Below are positions 18,136-24,538 of a stretch of 27,912 nt of DNA, piece after piece. The notes under the pieces are model-generated. The model searched no databases, was not told the DNA's origin, and saw only the letters and a program-made list of their open reading frames with translations. Each line of letters opens with the position of its first letter. Within the stretch, counting starts at the first letter, position 1. The DNA lies in the IMG/VR virus record IMGVR_UViG_3300011335_000619, positions 1 through 27,912 of that record. One strand, 5' to 3'. A program made the translations under genes and the position numbers. This stretch comes from a virus (taxonomy: Duplodnaviria; Caudoviricetes).

Positions 18136-18816
18136 CTATTTTTTGACTGGTATACCAAGACCTTTTGCGATAGGGCCTTGTTTACGTCCGTAGTTATGTT
18201 TCTTATTCCAGTCGTCTACGTATGCTTTTTCTACACTTGGTGACTGACCAGCAGCTTTCTGTGATGCTAACATTGCTCCAACTACGCCAAGTCCTTTAGC
18301 AGCTGGGCTATTGACAAGACTATTAGAGGCACTAGTAACAGCTGCAGAAGCTGCATCTACTACTGGCTCTACAATACTGTTGCGCGTAGCACGAGCTTGC
18401 ACTGTAGCCATAGATGGCGCCCTACTGTATTTAGGTTTCCTTCCTTCGTTCTTAGCCAGCTCTGTTTCTAACGCATGGTCTGCATCATAGAACTGCTTAC
18501 GACTGGCTGATGTTTCTTCCCAGTTTTTCTGTGCTAGTTTCTTAGGACTATGCAAGTACTCAAATTCTTTTTGATGCTTTGCCATTTCCTCTTGTCGAGC
18601 TTTGTTCTCGGCTTCCATTTTATCTAGTTCACGTAGCATGTTTTCACGTTGCCAGCGATCCTTAGCCTTAGGGTCTACACCAGTGCGTGGCCTTGCCATA
18701 TCAGCAAACTTACCAATAGGCACCATGCCCTGTGCACTAGATCCAGCACTTGCTGTCTTAGCTGCTTGCTCTGTAGTAAGTAATACTTTTTTTAAGTTGT
18801 CTTTTGTCTGTGGCAC
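18136..18816 (-). CDS. Hypothetical protein
   Basis: 226 aa, GTG start with GAGGTG RBS, MPQ start, Ala/Lys-rich. Confidence 0.7.
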   Translation of the reverse strand: MPQTKDNLKKVLLTTEQAAKTASAGSSAQGMVPIGKFADMARPRTGVDPKAKDRWQRENMLRELDKMEAENKARQEEMAKHQKEFEYLHSPKKLAQKNWEETSASRKQFYDADHALETELAKNEGRKPKYSRAPSMATVQARATRNSIVEPVVDAASAAVTSASNSLVNSPAAKGLGVVGAMLASQKAAGQSPSVEKAYVDDWNKKHNYGRKQGPIAKGLGIPVKK

Positions 18817-18833
18817 ATCGTCACCTCTGCATC

Positions 18834-18842
18834 ATTATAACA
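18834..18842 (-). promoter_or_regulatory. Extended -10 sigma70-type promoter (TGnTATAAT)
   Basis: TGTTATAAT on the minus strand 18 nt upstream of the GTG at 18816, overlapping the U-tract of the upstream terminator. Confidence 0.6.
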
Positions 18843-18873
18843 AAAAAGACCAGCGTGACAGGGCTGGTCTTTT
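18842..18873 (-). terminator. Intrinsic terminator ending the tRNA-Asn transcript
   Basis: GACCAGC-8nt-GCTGGTC stem followed by T6 on the minus strand. Confidence 0.8.
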
Positions 18874-18877
18874 CTGT

Positions 18878-19040
18878 TTGCAGAGTCCAAATATGTCGGG
18901 CTAGAAGAGGAGATTCCTAGACTTTCACAGCTAACCTTTCGGTTGCAACTCCACAATATCATGACGTTACACCCTGTGATTGAAAGAGTAAGACTCACAG
19001 GATGCAGCGCCATCCCCAGTGCGTTTGCATGCATGGGGGA
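18878..19040 (-). ncRNA. Candidate structured RNA between tRNA-Asn and terminator
   Basis: Three consecutive helical domains with several G-U pairs on the minus strand and a GAAA tetraloop; no credible ORF. Confidence 0.45.
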
Positions 19041-19112
19041 CTCCTACTGTTGGGATCGAACCAACGACCATCCGGTTAACAGCCGGAGGCTCTACCGCTG
19101 AGCTAAGTAGGA
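19041..19112 (-). tRNA. tRNA-Asn (anticodon GTT), CCA not encoded
   Basis: Acceptor TCCTACT/AGTAGGA, D arm GCTC/GAGC, anticodon arm TCCGG-CTGTTAA-CCGGA, T arm GTTGG-TTCGATC-CCAAC, discriminator G. Confidence 0.95.
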
Positions 19113-19261
19113 AGATACCGTAAGTATACAAGTACTAATAGAGTGTAGCAAGTTTGTATGGAACCTATTAATTTTCTCCGTGGGGAGATGTGTTTCTCCG
19201 CTGGGAGAAAAGGAGAAAAAAGTAGACTGATTGTAGCTGTCGGAGTCCCAAACTGATAACT

Positions 19262-19311
19262 GGAGGGGGGCAGGGGCTTGCCATAGGGGGGTGCGCAGGA
19301 GGGGGGTGGGG
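19262..19311 (+). other. G-tract cluster at the strand switch (G-quadruplex potential)
   Basis: Five runs G6, G4, G6, G6, G4 within 50 nt. Confidence 0.6.
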
Positions 19312-19671
19312 CCTCCTCCTAACTGATTACTTACTGAGAGGGGGTAACTTATGTACAGCACTCACGGATGTGACGGCTAAACTACGCCCCCGGGTATAGC
19401 AGTGTGACAGACTGCATGATATTCGTTGGGGCGTTTTGTTTACCTAAGGTTACAAAGTATCAATCGATACAAGGTGCAACGGTTGGAACCCGTGACGCCT
19501 GTAAAGCGGGCGATATTCCCTGTAATGATTCTAAGGTAGTCATTATTACACGATGGTACAAGGGGAACCGGTTCGTATCGGTTCCCTACTCCTTTATCCT
19601 GCTATGTAAGAGAGTCAATGACGTATCCGTTGGCTCTCTCAGATACCTAGGATACACAATAGGAGTTTGTT

Positions 19672-20070
19672 ATGTCCAAGAAGACAGAAACCATCGTCGC
19701 TCTCGCACCCGTCAAGATTACGGCTCTCCTTACCGAGATTGGCACGTTGTCTGGTCACGTCATGATGAGCAAGTTCGGCGCAACGCCGGTCAACAACGTT
19801 GGCATCGCCATCATCACAGCGCAAGAAGAAATCAAGAACGGTCTTACGCCTGTCTTTATCTCGTCTCTCAAGCGCATCGCTGTCCAGATGCCTAAATCGT
19901 CTGTTAAGGTACAGGCACTGTTTGAGAAGATTACCCTTGAACTCAACAAGGCGGTAGACGCGGGAGCGGCAGAAGTCGTAGTCGAGCGTGACGCTCGCAC
20001 CCTCACCACACAGGAGGTCGATATCATCCACGTTGTCTCGAAGGCACGTAAGAATCGCCTCGCTAAGTAA
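19672..20070 (+). CDS. Hypothetical protein, first gene of the plus-strand arm
   Basis: 132 aa, AGGAG RBS; visibly more GC-rich at third positions than the structural arm. Confidence 0.75.
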   Translation: MSKKTETIVALAPVKITALLTEIGTLSGHVMMSKFGATPVNNVGIAIITAQEEIKNGLTPVFISSLKRIAVQMPKSSVKVQALFEKITLELNKAVDAGAAEVVVERDARTLTTQEVDIIHVVSKARKNRLAK

Positions 20071-20134
20071 TCGTCTCATCTCAGGAGTTTGGTGCATCTC
20101 CGTCAAATGCACCTACTAATCAGGAGTGTGAATT

Positions 20135-20386
20135 ATGAAGATTAAAAATATCGTCATGGCCATCAAGCGCGGTCAGCTCGTCGCCGAGAACACTGTCTCA
20201 ACTGAACCGGGAAATTTTGCCTATTCAGGCTTAATGGTCATCGCGGACAGATATAAGGTCAGTGTGTTTAAGGGTGGCACTGGGCTTGTGTGGTCGTCAA
20301 CAGACGAGCACGACATCAAGCAGTGTAGAGTTGCGCTGTTTGATCGTCCCGACGACACAATCGCATGTGCTAGGTTCAAGAGGTAG
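20135..20386 (+). CDS. Hypothetical protein
   Basis: 83 aa, AGGAG RBS. Confidence 0.7.
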   Translation: MKIKNIVMAIKRGQLVAENTVSTEPGNFAYSGLMVIADRYKVSVFKGGTGLVWSSTDEHDIKQCRVALFDRPDDTIACARFKR

Positions 20387-20438
20387 GCTGGTGCCTTTGT
20401 AGGGGTTCGATTCCCCTACTACTATTTCCCAACAGGGA
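20382..20438 (+). repeat. T-loop (tRNA-like) intergenic element, copy 1
   Basis: GGTAGGCTGGTGC..GTAGGGG-TTCGATT-CCCCTAC..ACTATTTC plus a small downstream hairpin. Confidence 0.7.
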
Positions 20439-20456
20439 TTGTTTGAGGAGAAACAA

Positions 20457-20870
20457 ATGACAACGCAGGATTTGATATTGTTGCGCAAGGTCGCAACAGC
20501 AAAAGCCGATGTCCTCAGGGCAATGAATCTACGCTCTTATGAGACTACGGATAGAGGTCCGAACAAGATCAAGTGGCGTGACCCCGATTGCAATAGAATC
20601 TACGGCGACCTATTGCAAGACATCATGTGGGCTATGAGGAACAACCACGACCCTAAATGGCGTGGTCAGGTAGTCATGCCATCAGCATGCACTAACAATC
20701 AATGCCCGTTCTACACGGGCAGAACAATCAGCTTTACCTTTGACTGGAAAGGTATCGATGTGGTGACAACATACATTTGGGATGCCGATGATACAGACGG
20801 TTATGAAACAGGCTGTGAAGACCATGAGTGGCTCACGGATGACATGAAGGTTATGAATAGGAACTATTGA
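20457..20870 (+). CDS. Hypothetical protein
   Basis: Start moved from 20439 to ATG 20457 (GAGGAG RBS). Confidence 0.7.
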   Translation: MTTQDLILLRKVATAKADVLRAMNLRSYETTDRGPNKIKWRDPDCNRIYGDLLQDIMWAMRNNHDPKWRGQVVMPSACTNNQCPFYTGRTISFTFDWKGIDVVTTYIWDADDTDGYETGCEDHEWLTDDMKVMNRNY

Positions 20871-20983
20871 TGAACATAAGGCTTAGCTATGCTCAAGACT
20901 TGCAGCTCATTGAGCTGCTAAAGGCAAAGAGAATAGAGATTGAACGGCTATCACTAACCAATGATTGTCTAACGATGCACTAA
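20870..20983 (+). CDS. Small hypothetical protein (37 aa)
   Basis: Not in the ORF track. TGATG coupling with the upstream stop; MNIRLSYAQDLQLIELLKAKRIEIERLSLTNDCLTMH. Confidence 0.45.
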   Translation: MNIRLSYAQDLQLIELLKAKRIEIERLSLTNDCLTMH

Positions 20984-21201
20984 TCGAAACATTCCCAATC
21001 GTCCCTGAATGGAAGCTTTATCAAGGTGATAGGGGCGGATGTGTAAGGGGATGTGATCAACATGGCCCACAAATGGTAGGTGATATCAACGGGAGTAGAT
21101 ACACAATCTACTTTGAAGCCGGTATGCAGGACAACGACCCTGCACTCGGATGGCTTTGGAACCATACCCCTAGCAGGGATGGTTGTTGGGATTGCAAGTA
21201 G
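20965..21201 (+). CDS. Hypothetical protein with CxxxCxxH and CxxC
   Basis: 78 aa; start uncertain (TTG). Confidence 0.55.
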   Translation: MSNDALIETFPIVPEWKLYQGDRGGCVRGCDQHGPQMVGDINGSRYTIYFEAGMQDNDPALGWLWNHTPSRDGCWDCK

Positions 21202-21210
21202 GAGAACAAT

Positions 21211-21363
21211 ATGAAAAGAATAAGATTTTACATGCCAAAAAGGGCATCGAGAAGAGTAGCAAAGCTGTTTGCTATCAGGTACTGGAACAAAATGCGCCGC
21301 ATGCACCCACGTCAATTCAATGAGGTGCGAGAGCGTGACGCTCCATATAAGCCACATCGGTAG
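21211..21363 (+). CDS. Small Arg-rich protein (50 aa)
   Basis: Not in the ORF track. AGGAG RBS; MKRIRFYMPKRASRRVAKLFAIRYWNKMRRMHPRQFNEVRERDAPYKPHR. Confidence 0.7.
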   Translation: MKRIRFYMPKRASRRVAKLFAIRYWNKMRRMHPRQFNEVRERDAPYKPHR

Positions 21364-21418
21364 GCTGGTGCTAAGCCGGGGTTCGATTCCTCGGCTACTA
21401 TTTCTCCGCTACGGAGAA
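21359..21418 (+). repeat. T-loop (tRNA-like) intergenic element, copy 2
   Basis: GGTAGGCTGGTGC..AGCCGGGG-TTCGATT-CCTCGGCT-ACTATTTC plus a downstream hairpin. Confidence 0.7.
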
Positions 21419-21459
21419 CATTGGCTGACAACCTACTGTCACAATAGGAAAGTAACACA

Positions 21460-21690
21460 ATGGCTAACTTTGAAGCTAAGTACCGTGCTGGTCGGTTTAA
21501 CGTAGAGATCAGCAAGGCACCAGTCGGAATGACACGCATTAGACTCGCACTAACTGTAGACCCAACACAGTTCAGTCAGGATGAGGTATACGCTACCAAT
21601 CAACCCATGATTCGTGCAGCGATGATTCAAATCGCAATGACCTTCAACCCTGCTGGTGCTGAAGAACTTAGGAAGCTTGAAGGAGGATAA
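21460..21690 (+). CDS. Hypothetical protein
   Basis: 76 aa, AGGA RBS. Confidence 0.7.
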   Translation: MANFEAKYRAGRFNVEISKAPVGMTRIRLALTVDPTQFSQDEVYATNQPMIRAAMIQIAMTFNPAGAEELRKLEGG

Positions 21691-21705
21691 CACACTAGCA
21701 CAGGG

Positions 21706-21770
21706 GAGGGGTCAAATTTTATACCCCTCCAATTTTTACCACCCACGAGGGGTCGGATATTACCCCCCTC
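21706..21770. promoter_or_regulatory. Two GAGGGG-N12-CCCCTC inverted repeats (candidate operators)
   Basis: Copies at 21706-21729 and 21747-21770, 41 bp apart, AT-rich spacers. Confidence 0.5.
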
Positions 21771-21799
21771 ATATATTGAATAACAATCATAGGAACAAT

Positions 21800-22144
21800 A
21801 TGATTGTAAGGAACAACACATTGAAACATCTAGACATCTCTACACTCGACGCCGCTACCATCAAGTACCTTCAGAAGAAGGGATACATCGAGACTACTAA
21901 GAACAGATACGCTGACTGGCTCTTCCAGATTGCCCTCCAGTCCTTCCCTCGTGCCCAACTAGCCACGTTCTATGGCTTGACAGCATCTAGCTTCAGCACG
22001 TATCTTGGTAAGGGCTACAAGATTGATGAATTGATGAACACACTGTATGAGAAGGCACTGCCAACCATACATGACAGGGATATCAAAATCACTGTAGATA
22101 CCATGGAGAAACTGTTCGCAGTAATCAATCAAGACAATGGCTAA
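21800..22144 (+). CDS. Hypothetical protein with HTH-like segment
   Basis: Start moved from 21656 to ATG 21800 (TAGGA RBS); PRAQLATFYGLTASSFSTYL resembles an HTH. Confidence 0.6.
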   Translation: MIVRNNTLKHLDISTLDAATIKYLQKKGYIETTKNRYADWLFQIALQSFPRAQLATFYGLTASSFSTYLGKGYKIDELMNTLYEKALPTIHDRDIKITVDTMEKLFAVINQDNG

Positions 22145-22358
22145 AAAGAAACATGTTAGAGACATCCGCATCGAGTACCCGCTTAACACCACTACCTACA
22201 TCCAACATAGATGGGGTGTTTTTGAGTACGTTATCGGGACGGATGGTGATGATAACACCGGACAAACTCGCCGCTTACTTCTCAACAGCTTTGACCGACG
22301 AGAAGATGCAGTAGCCTACTACCCAGAGGCTACACTTCCACCTGACTCAAAGGAGTAA
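22137..22358 (+). CDS. Hypothetical protein
   Basis: 73-aa ORF overlapping the upstream stop. Confidence 0.7.
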   Translation: MAKKKHVRDIRIEYPLNTTTYIQHRWGVFEYVIGTDGDDNTGQTRRLLLNSFDRREDAVAYYPEATLPPDSKE

Positions 22359-22363
22359 CCACC

Positions 22364-22474
22364 ATGTGGTTCCTTATATCAATCATCGTCTTAGTGTTGT
22401 CGATCACGGCAACACTAGGATGGTTCATCTACACAATACACACTTACCAAAATCGCATCGACAGGGACAACTAA
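22364..22474 (+). CDS. Small membrane protein (36 aa)
   Basis: Not in the ORF track. AGGAG RBS; MWFLISIIVLVLSITATLGWFIYTIHTYQNRIDRDN, one TM-like helix. Confidence 0.7.
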   Translation: MWFLISIIVLVLSITATLGWFIYTIHTYQNRIDRDN

Positions 22475-22475
22475 C

Positions 22476-22691
22476 ATGACAATCGAACAAAAGAAGATAG
22501 CCTACTACGAATGGCTCGGACAGATGACATTCCTCAGCAAACTCATTGGTGAGAAATTCAAGGTTCTCAAGAAATCAGATGGTACTGATGAGGATGACAT
22601 CGAGGTACTGTGGAACTGGTATCAAAACTACAACAACAACTTGGCACGTGAACTGAATCAAATTCGTGAAGCAATACGCAATGATTCATAA
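22476..22691 (+). CDS. Hypothetical protein
   Basis: 71-aa tiled ORF. Confidence 0.65.
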   Translation: MTIEQKKIAYYEWLGQMTFLSKLIGEKFKVLKKSDGTDEDDIEVLWNWYQNYNNNLARELNQIREAIRNDS

Positions 22692-23079
22692 AGAACTTAT
22701 CTCTGCTGATGAATTAGCAAGACACATACTCAAACAATTTGAAATCGCCGATGAAGTAATCACTGGTGTAACATTTCAAAATACAGAAAACAGTAGCACT
22801 AACAAACGGGTTGAACTCAATGGAACTATTAGTATTGTATTGTCACTACACTACAAACACATAAGTTCAGCAGTATTCAATATGCACATATCTGTACAAG
22901 ATCGTAAATGGAGCGTTTCATCAACAGCTTATTTACAGACAGTTTGCATTATGTACTGGCATAACAACACTACAAAAGACTACACGTTTTCAGAGCTTAG
23001 ACAATGGGCTAATGATTTTGTAATGGCTGTGTATCAACTCAAAAGCGTTGAAGTACACGGCATACAAATCATCCCTTAG
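22666..23079 (+). CDS. Hypothetical protein
   Basis: 137-aa ORF; ATG at 22681 is an alternative start. Confidence 0.65.
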   Translation: MKQYAMIHKELISADELARHILKQFEIADEVITGVTFQNTENSSTNKRVELNGTISIVLSLHYKHISSAVFNMHISVQDRKWSVSSTAYLQTVCIMYWHNNTTKDYTFSELRQWANDFVMAVYQLKSVEVHGIQIIP

Positions 23080-23085
23080 TTAGAT

Positions 23086-23114
23086 GTGAGGGATGCGTCT
23101 CACTAACAACGCAT
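23086..23114 (+). repeat. 29-nt intergenic pseudoknot repeat, copy 1
   Basis: GTGAG-GG-ATGCGT-CTCAC-TAACA-ACGCAT. Confidence 0.85.
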
Positions 23115-23127
23115 GAAAGAGAACACA

Positions 23128-23457
23128 ATGACAGACCTTACACACTACAAGACAATCATCTTGCGCTTTGCTTACCTCCACATTCACCCCGGTGGTGGCA
23201 TTGGTGCAATGATTATGCTTAAGCCCGGCTTTGAAGAGAAGCTCGATCACATAGCACAGGCCAATCTGGTTGAGTTACTTAGGTTTGCGGGTGCTCATGT
23301 ACCTCATGACACTAGAAACTCACAGGGATTCAATGACTGGCTCGGTGAAGAACCGAATATGTTTGAGAAAGAATCCTACAACAAATGGATGTCGGCAATC
23401 ACACCGATGCCTAGGCCAACACCAGCAGGATGGGAAGAGGTAGATACAAGTGCCTAG
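23128..23457 (+). CDS. Hypothetical protein
   Basis: ATG 23128 (AAAGAG upstream) preferred over 23113, which lies inside the repeat. Confidence 0.65.
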   Translation: MTDLTHYKTIILRFAYLHIHPGGGIGAMIMLKPGFEEKLDHIAQANLVELLRFAGAHVPHDTRNSQGFNDWLGEEPNMFEKESYNKWMSAITPMPRPTPAGWEEVDTSA

Positions 23458-23698
23458 ATATACGTATCACAATCAGATGTATGACTTTCAGGGCCGAGCA
23501 GTCGGCCCTGTTGGTGTCTTTAAGAATGCCACTGTTGCTAAGGCAATAGCTCGCGCTCTTGTCTACATGCATCCAGAAGTTATGCAGATAAGAATCACAC
23601 GGTGTCTTGAACACACGTACGAGTTCAATCCATACATGATGGTTTATATGAACATCGTGACCGACAAAGCTGTAACCAGCAGAAAGAACGTATTTTAA
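23450..23698 (+). CDS. Hypothetical protein
   Basis: 82 aa, GAGGT RBS, GTG start. Confidence 0.65.
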   Translation: MPRYTYHNQMYDFQGRAVGPVGVFKNATVAKAIARALVYMHPEVMQIRITRCLEHTYEFNPYMMVYMNIVTDKAVTSRKNVF

Positions 23699-23953
23699 AT
23701 GATAATGCCATGGGAAGTTATAAGTGGTGAGTTACTTATTGAGTCACTATTCAATAACAACTTAATAACGCAAGGTCAATACGATAAGTTAGCTATAGTA
23801 TTTGACCAGAAGCGTAATGAAAATGATTACACATTGCTGTGGCTTGGTGAAGTCTTACAGTACTTAGACGAACAACAAGTAAACGATGTGCGTAATCACA
23901 TCATAAAAGAAGCAAAGATTCAAGAAATCAAGAACTGCTACGTCGCTATCTAA
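23699..23953 (+). CDS. Hypothetical protein
   Basis: 84-aa ORF abutting the upstream stop. Confidence 0.65.
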   Translation: MIMPWEVISGELLIESLFNNNLITQGQYDKLAIVFDQKRNENDYTLLWLGEVLQYLDEQQVNDVRNHIIKEAKIQEIKNCYVAI

Positions 23954-23961
23954 TGTTTGAT

Positions 23962-23990
23962 GTGAGGGGTGCGTCTCACCAACAACGCAT
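23962..23990 (+). repeat. 29-nt intergenic pseudoknot repeat, copy 2
   Basis: GTGAG-GG-GTGCGT-CTCAC-CAACA-ACGCAT. Confidence 0.85.
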
Positions 23991-24007
23991 AGAAAAGAAA
24001 CACAATC

Positions 24008-24502
24008 ATGTCCGTAACACTTTATACAAGCTATTTCGTTGAGAACATCCAGAAGTCTAGTGAGCGCCTCAGTGCTGGCACACTTACTTCTTATGAAGAG
24101 TTTCAAACTACATCATACGAAACTGATATGACTATCAATGGTCATAGGTTGAGAATGAAATATGTCCTGCGAATGGACATCGCTACCTCTGCATTGGTAG
24201 CTTTACCTGTACCTACTGCTCAGGTTACAGTTACTTACTCTGCCTACGACCAAGGGAATGATCAGTGGTATCACCCAAATGCAATGAAGGAATCCGAGTT
24301 CGGTATTACCATCACAGCGACAACACTTGATGACCAAATCAATCAAGCGATTGAAGGATTCAGATTAGTCATTGATAAGGTACCTATGCCTGAGATTGAT
24401 TTTGATTTCTGGACGCAGGTCACCAAGGTAATGAAGAAGTTTGAGAATATCAAGGCAGCTGCTGCTCGTGATAACTCAGATTTGATAACTCTTATCAAGT
24501 AA
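24008..24502 (+). CDS. Hypothetical protein
   Basis: 164-aa ORF bounded by repeat copies 2 and 3. Confidence 0.7.
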   Translation: MSVTLYTSYFVENIQKSSERLSAGTLTSYEEFQTTSYETDMTINGHRLRMKYVLRMDIATSALVALPVPTAQVTVTYSAYDQGNDQWYHPNAMKESEFGITITATTLDDQINQAIEGFRLVIDKVPMPEIDFDFWTQVTKVMKKFENIKAAAARDNSDLITLIK

Positions 24503-24509
24503 TCGGTAA

Positions 24510-24538
24510 GTGAGGGGTGCGTCTCACTAACAACGCAC
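24510..24538 (+). repeat. 29-nt intergenic pseudoknot repeat, copy 3
   Basis: GTGAG-GG-GTGCGT-CTCAC-TAACA-ACGCAC. Confidence 0.85.

Noticed and set aside
18878-18956. tRNA-His, hammerhead, group II intron domain V or c-di-GMP riboswitch
   Set aside because: CTGTGAA lacks a flanking anticodon stem, and the conserved cores of the other families are incomplete.
19092-20112. ORFs 19092-19361, 18792-19034, 19404-19895, 19639-20112 and 19755-20027
   Set aside because: They overlap tRNA, G-tracts, structured leaders or the better-supported gene 19672-20070, and lack RBSs.
20382-21418. T-loop elements as real tRNA genes
   Set aside because: No anticodon arm, D stem or acceptor stem can be built around the T-loop hairpins.
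21656-21799. N-terminal extension of the 162-aa ORF
   Set aside because: It overlaps the previous gene and the inverted-repeat region; ATG 21800 has an RBS.
23086-24538. 29-nt repeats as a CRISPR array
   Set aside because: The intervals are about 520-850 bp and contain intact genes; no cas genes are present.
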